Of a stretch of DNA of 60,459 nt, positions 56,735 through 60,459 are shown in pieces; the stretch's first letter is position 1, and each line of letters starts with the position of its first letter. The stretch comes from an uncultured Bacteroidales bacterium. GTDB taxonomy: Bacteria > Bacteroidota > Bacteroidia > Bacteroidales > UBA4417. The stretch covers positions 1 to 60,459 of the forward strand of contig CAIPFN010000243.1 in the NCBI GenBank assembly GCA_903864265.1, in the 5' to 3' direction. The position numbers and the translations under genes were made by a program. A model generated the notes under the pieces. It saw only the letters and a list, made by a program, of their open reading frames with translations. It did not search any database and was not told the origin of the DNA.

Positions 56735-58842
56735 GGTTCCGTCGTCGTCGAACGAATACGAAACGGTGTAAACAAGAAGCCATCATCGGGGCCGAATTGT
56801 GTCCGCTTTCCTTTTTGAATGCAATTTAATTTCCCGTTTAATATCGCCCAGATCCGTCCTTTCTGATCTGTTTTCAGGAATTGCTGCAATCCTAATTCCG
56901 TTATATCGGCACCTGTTCCTATTTTCAGATCCCCATCATTGTGTAGTTTGAAACTCTTGCCATCGTAGGCTACAATTCCGGCTCCCATATATGAAATGAA
57001 TAAAGTGCCGGCTGCATCCTCCACAATCGCATTAATACCAATAGAACCATGTTTTGTGAGGATACTGTCTAACACTGGAAACCTGTAAAAGTACTTTCCG
57101 TCAAATTTTGCCAATCCACTGTTATTTCCCCCGATCCAGATGTTCCCTTTTGAATCGCAGAAAGTTGTATTTACACTGCCCATACTTTTCAATGATGAAT
57201 TTTCACCATAGCCTATCAGTTTATCTTTTTTCAGCTGCAGTAATTTGTAAGTCCAGGATGAAAACCAGATATCCCCGTTTACTCCTTTTCCTACATTTCC
57301 AAAACATCCCCAACCCGATTTGCCGTCAATCAGTACTGATTTTATTTTATCGCCTTCTATTACCCCTATTCCTTCGCACCAATTGGAGAACCAAAGCCGG
57401 CCCAGGTTATCTTTGGCAACGCCATTGGTTTTAAAGCCAATCCCGCAATAAGTCACGGCCTTGTCGTTTTTGAGCCAGGTATATTTTTCCAGGTTTAAGA
57501 TGAGCCGGTTATTCTGGCCTATACTATAAACCCCTTGTGTGCCGGGTATAGGAACATAGTGAAATTCTGATATCCTTAACCTGTTCATCTGCGATCCCAG
57601 TGCCCAGATATTGTGATCCGGATCGATTGCCAGTTTTACAATCGCAGTCTCGTTCAAGCCAGCATCCCTGTCAATTTTTTCAAACTTATTTCCATCAAAA
57701 AGCAATAACCCTGATCCTATGGTTCCTATCAGAAGTTGATTCTGATCTGTTCCTTTCAAACTCATTATAGGGGAAGACATTTCCGGCCCAAAATCGTACA
57801 CGGTTAAAGTGTCATTACTTATCGAACTAATCCCGGCGGGGTAATGCCCACACCATATTTTACCGTCAGCAGCTGCATAAATAGCGTAAACATAGGTTGA
57901 TGACAATCCTTCTTCCTTCGAATAGTTTACAAAGGTTTGCCCGTCAAACTTCAGGATCCCACCCGCTTCGGTGCCAAACCACATATTCCCTTTAGGGTCT
58001 TCTTCTATTGCACATATACCCATATATTTGATGCCCTGTTCCTTCCCGTAGTGCAAAAAGCCTTTCCCGTTATAGCAAAATATTCCATCTCCGCGCGTGC
58101 CAAACCACATTTGCCCTTTCGAATCTTTAAACATGATGTAAACATCCTGGTCAGTAAATCCTTCCTTCTTGAAAAAAGTATAGAAATACCTGCCATCAAA
58201 ATAGCCGGCTCCATTAAAGGCGGACCATACATTTCCCAGGTTGTCGGTTTTAATGTTAGTAGCGGCAGTTAAAGCTCCCTGGGCGGCACCATACGATTCC
58301 ATATAGTCGCCCTGTATATGCGAAATCGCAAGCCCGCTGGCTATCCATGCTGATCCATCCTTACTCCAGCAAATATCCTGGGCACGCTCATCGATATGCT
58401 GAATATCGTACATGGCAGTTTCGGAATGTTTTAAGGGATTCATCTTTTTAAATGTCGGATACCCGGCAAGCTTCACTCTCGGCCTGGCCAGGGTGAAAAC
58501 CGGCTCTTTGGTTTTTTTTAAGCTACGCCCCTTCACTCCTGTTTTCACAGTTACTTTAACATTATTCAGAAACCGTTTCCCAGGACACTGGGTTTCGCTG
58601 ACCTTTTTTAGCGGGATGTCTTTTGTCTTTAACGAATATTCAATATAGGAGGTATCTGTATATTCCACAACCGAATCAGGGATAAGAATCGGGTTAGGCG
58701 ATAATTGCGATGCATTGGCATTGTCAGAGCAAACAACAGTACCGTTTGAAACCTTACAAACAGTGGCTGACTTGTTTTTGTTTTCGTGTGAGCATGAAAT
58801 GACTCCGATGCAAAGGAACAAGAATAAATAAACGGAACGCAT
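56710..58842 (-). CDS. Two-component regulator beta-propeller sensor, N-terminal part of the split hybrid kinase
   Basis: Lipobox-like VISC; repeated D..GN.WFGT propeller motifs; frame breaks near 56755. Confidence 0.82.
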   Translation of the reverse strand: MRSVYLFLFLCIGVISCSHENKNKSATVCKVSNGTVVCSDNANASQLSPNPILIPDSVVEYTDTSYIEYSLKTKDIPLKKVSETQCPGKRFLNNVKVTVKTGVKGRSLKKTKEPVFTLARPRVKLAGYPTFKKMNPLKHSETAMYDIQHIDERAQDICWSKDGSAWIASGLAISHIQGDYMESYGAAQGALTAATNIKTDNLGNVWSAFNGAGYFDGRYFYTFFKKEGFTDQDVYIMFKDSKGQMWFGTRGDGIFCYNGKGFLHYGKEQGIKYMGICAIEEDPKGNMWFGTEAGGILKFDGQTFVNYSKEEGLSSTYVYAIYAAADGKIWCGHYPAGISSISNDTLTVYDFGPEMSSPIMSLKGTDQNQLLIGTIGSGLLLFDGNKFEKIDRDAGLNETAIVKLAIDPDHNIWALGSQMNRLRISEFHYVPIPGTQGVYSIGQNNRLILNLEKYTWLKNDKAVTYCGIGFKTNGVAKDNLGRLWFSNWCEGIGVIEGDKIKSVLIDGKSGWGCFGNVGKGVNGDIWFSSWTYKLLQLKKDKLIGYGENSSLKSMGSVNTTFCDSKGNIWIGGNNSGLAKFDGKYFYRFPVLDSILTKHGSIGINAIVEDAAGTLFISYMGAGIVAYDGKSFKLHNDGDLKIGTGADITELGLQQFLKTDQKGRIWAILNGKLNCIQKGKRTQFGPDDGFLFTPFRIRSTTTEPCGSAMRK

Positions 58843-59198
58843 AATTTTTACCTTTCGCTAATTCAATGTGTGCAAATTATCCGCTGGTGTTACGGAAACG
58901 ACTGATAGTACCTGCCCCCGGAAGGAGAATGTAACTGAATTAAAGACGGTGGAACTAACCGGCTTACCTTCATGTGAAAGTGCAGCGGTATGATTCGTAA
59001 CTGAGGTTGTGTCAATACAAATTTAGCATTAATTATCGAATATATATTAAATGCTGGTTTTAATATGTGTACAATCCGTGCTTCAGCTTTATAATTTGCA
59101 GTAGGAAGCCCCCGGCTTATCATATTCCTTTTCTTAAAAAAAACATCAGAACTAAAAAAAATATACTTTTGCACGAAATTAACCCATAAAAATTCAAT

Positions 59199-60308
59199 AT
59201 GAAAAGATTACTTACCGTCAGCCTCATTCTTGCTGTTTTATTCTCTGTTATATCATGTAATACGAAGAAAACAGACGGATACACCATCGAAGGCACTATT
59301 TCAGGCGCCGATACAGGATGGGTTATGCTGAAAAAACGCAGCGAAGGGAAAATGATCACTTCAGATTCAGTAAAGATTAAAGATGGCAAATTCACCTTTA
59401 CCGGCAAAGTGGAAATGCCCGAAATGGTTTACCTGAAACTGAAAAACACGGATGGCGCCCTGCCTTTCTTTCTTGAAAACGCTGCCATTACTTTAAAAAC
59501 CTTTGCCGACAGCATCGACAAATCGGTAGTTACAGGTTCGAAATCGCAGGATATGTATGTGGCATACCTGAAAGAAACAAAGGTGTATGACCTTAAACTG
59601 GAGGAACTCTACGGCCGCGACATGAAAGCCAAGGAAGTGAAGGATACCGCAGCTGTAAAAACCCTGGAGGCTGCTTACGATTCTGTTGAAAGTGCTCAGT
59701 CGCAGTTTACAAAAGAATATATTTTGAAAAACGGTAAAAGCGTTGTTGCTGCTTACCTCGCTATCAGCAACGCCTATGCTTACTCCCTCGATGAGTTGAA
59801 AGCTATCAACAAAGCTTTCGACCCTGCCATTGGTAATTCATCCTATGTCAAAACGCTGGCAGAACGCGAAACCATTCTTGGCACAGTTCAGCCGGGTCAA
59901 ATGGCTCCCGCTTTTACCATGTTTGATACAGTCGGGATGGATATCAAACTAAGCAGTTTCAAAGGCAAGGTAGTCCTGGTCGATTTCTGGGCCTCCTGGT
60001 GCAGTCCCTGCAGGGCTGAAAATCCAAATGTCGTTGCAGCATTCAGGAAATATAATAACAAGGGATTTACTGTTTTAGGTGTCTCACTCGATACGGATAA
60101 ATTGAAATGGAGGAATGCCATTGCAAAAGACGGGCTTACATGGACCCATGTGAGTGATATGAAAGGCTGGTCAAATTCCGCAGCAAAACTTTACGGAGTG
60201 ATGTCGATCCCGGCCAACTTCCTGATCGATAAAGAAGGTAAGATTATTGGCAGCAGCCTTCGTGGCAAGGACCTGGACAAAAAACTTGAAGAAGTAATGG
60301 GCAAATAA
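59199..60308 (+). CDS. TlpA-family thiol-disulfide oxidoreductase lipoprotein (DUF4369-like N-terminus)
   Basis: DFWASWCSPCRAENP; lipobox VISC; -7 box TACTTTTG at 59164-59171. Confidence 0.9.
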   Translation: MKRLLTVSLILAVLFSVISCNTKKTDGYTIEGTISGADTGWVMLKKRSEGKMITSDSVKIKDGKFTFTGKVEMPEMVYLKLKNTDGALPFFLENAAITLKTFADSIDKSVVTGSKSQDMYVAYLKETKVYDLKLEELYGRDMKAKEVKDTAAVKTLEAAYDSVESAQSQFTKEYILKNGKSVVAAYLAISNAYAYSLDELKAINKAFDPAIGNSSYVKTLAERETILGTVQPGQMAPAFTMFDTVGMDIKLSSFKGKVVLVDFWASWCSPCRAENPNVVAAFRKYNNKGFTVLGVSLDTDKLKWRNAIAKDGLTWTHVSDMKGWSNSAAKLYGVMSIPANFLIDKEGKIIGSSLRGKDLDKKLEEVMGK

Positions 60309-60325
60309 TTTCAGCTCATAAAAGG

Positions 60326-60363
60326 AAAAAGGCCCGGAATCTGATAGGATTCCGGGCCTTTTT
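60326..60363. terminator. Bidirectional intrinsic terminator
   Basis: AAAAAGGCCCGGAATC-loop-GATTCCGGGCCTTTTT. Confidence 0.88.
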
Positions 60364-60392
60364 AATGCCATGACTTTCATCCGGCCGCTGTA

Positions 60393-60459
60393 CTATTTTG
60401 TTTTCTCTTCTTTAATAATGATGACCTTTTTCTGGCGTTTCTCAGGAGCAGCCTTCTCA
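60393..60459 (-). CDS. 3' end of an unidentified convergent gene truncated by the window edge
   Basis: Minus-strand open frame ...EKAAPEKRQKKVIIIKEEKTK* ending just before the terminator. Confidence 0.45.
   Translation of the reverse strand, partial: EKAAPEKRQKKVIIIKEEKTK

Overview
This 60.5-kb window looks like Bacteroidota (Bacteroidales-like) chromosome: a SusC/SusD pair, a T9SS C-terminal domain, TAnnTTTG -7 promoter boxes and purH-mreBCD synteny. The housekeeping backbone is trpS, hflX, hemW, recJ, purH, mreBCD, a PLP cysteine-synthase-family enzyme, an AsmA-like protein and a TlpA. Five features stand out. (i) At the left end, a signal-peptide-bearing cyanophycinase and a YfcC-family transporter are divergent from a SusC/SusD pair with no glycosidases, a candidate cyanophycin/isoaspartyl-dipeptide utilisation locus. 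(ii) An ~11-kb minus-strand array of secreted proteins of unknown function follows an AraC regulator; it contains paralog pairs, an A9-tract frameshift and orphan 3' gene remnants. (iii) An ATPase-wHTH gene is bracketed by identical 25-bp palindromic sequences built from 14-bp-period boxes, located at its own promoter and just upstream of the hflX promoter. (iv) mreD is not followed by mrdA/rodA but by small SnoaL/NTF2 genes with another orphan 3' remnant and a frameshift-split propeller hybrid kinase. (v) Several intergenic short tandem repeat arrays are present. I recognised no rRNA, tRNA, CRISPR array, integrase or transposase. All assignments come from reading motifs by eye; no searches were run.
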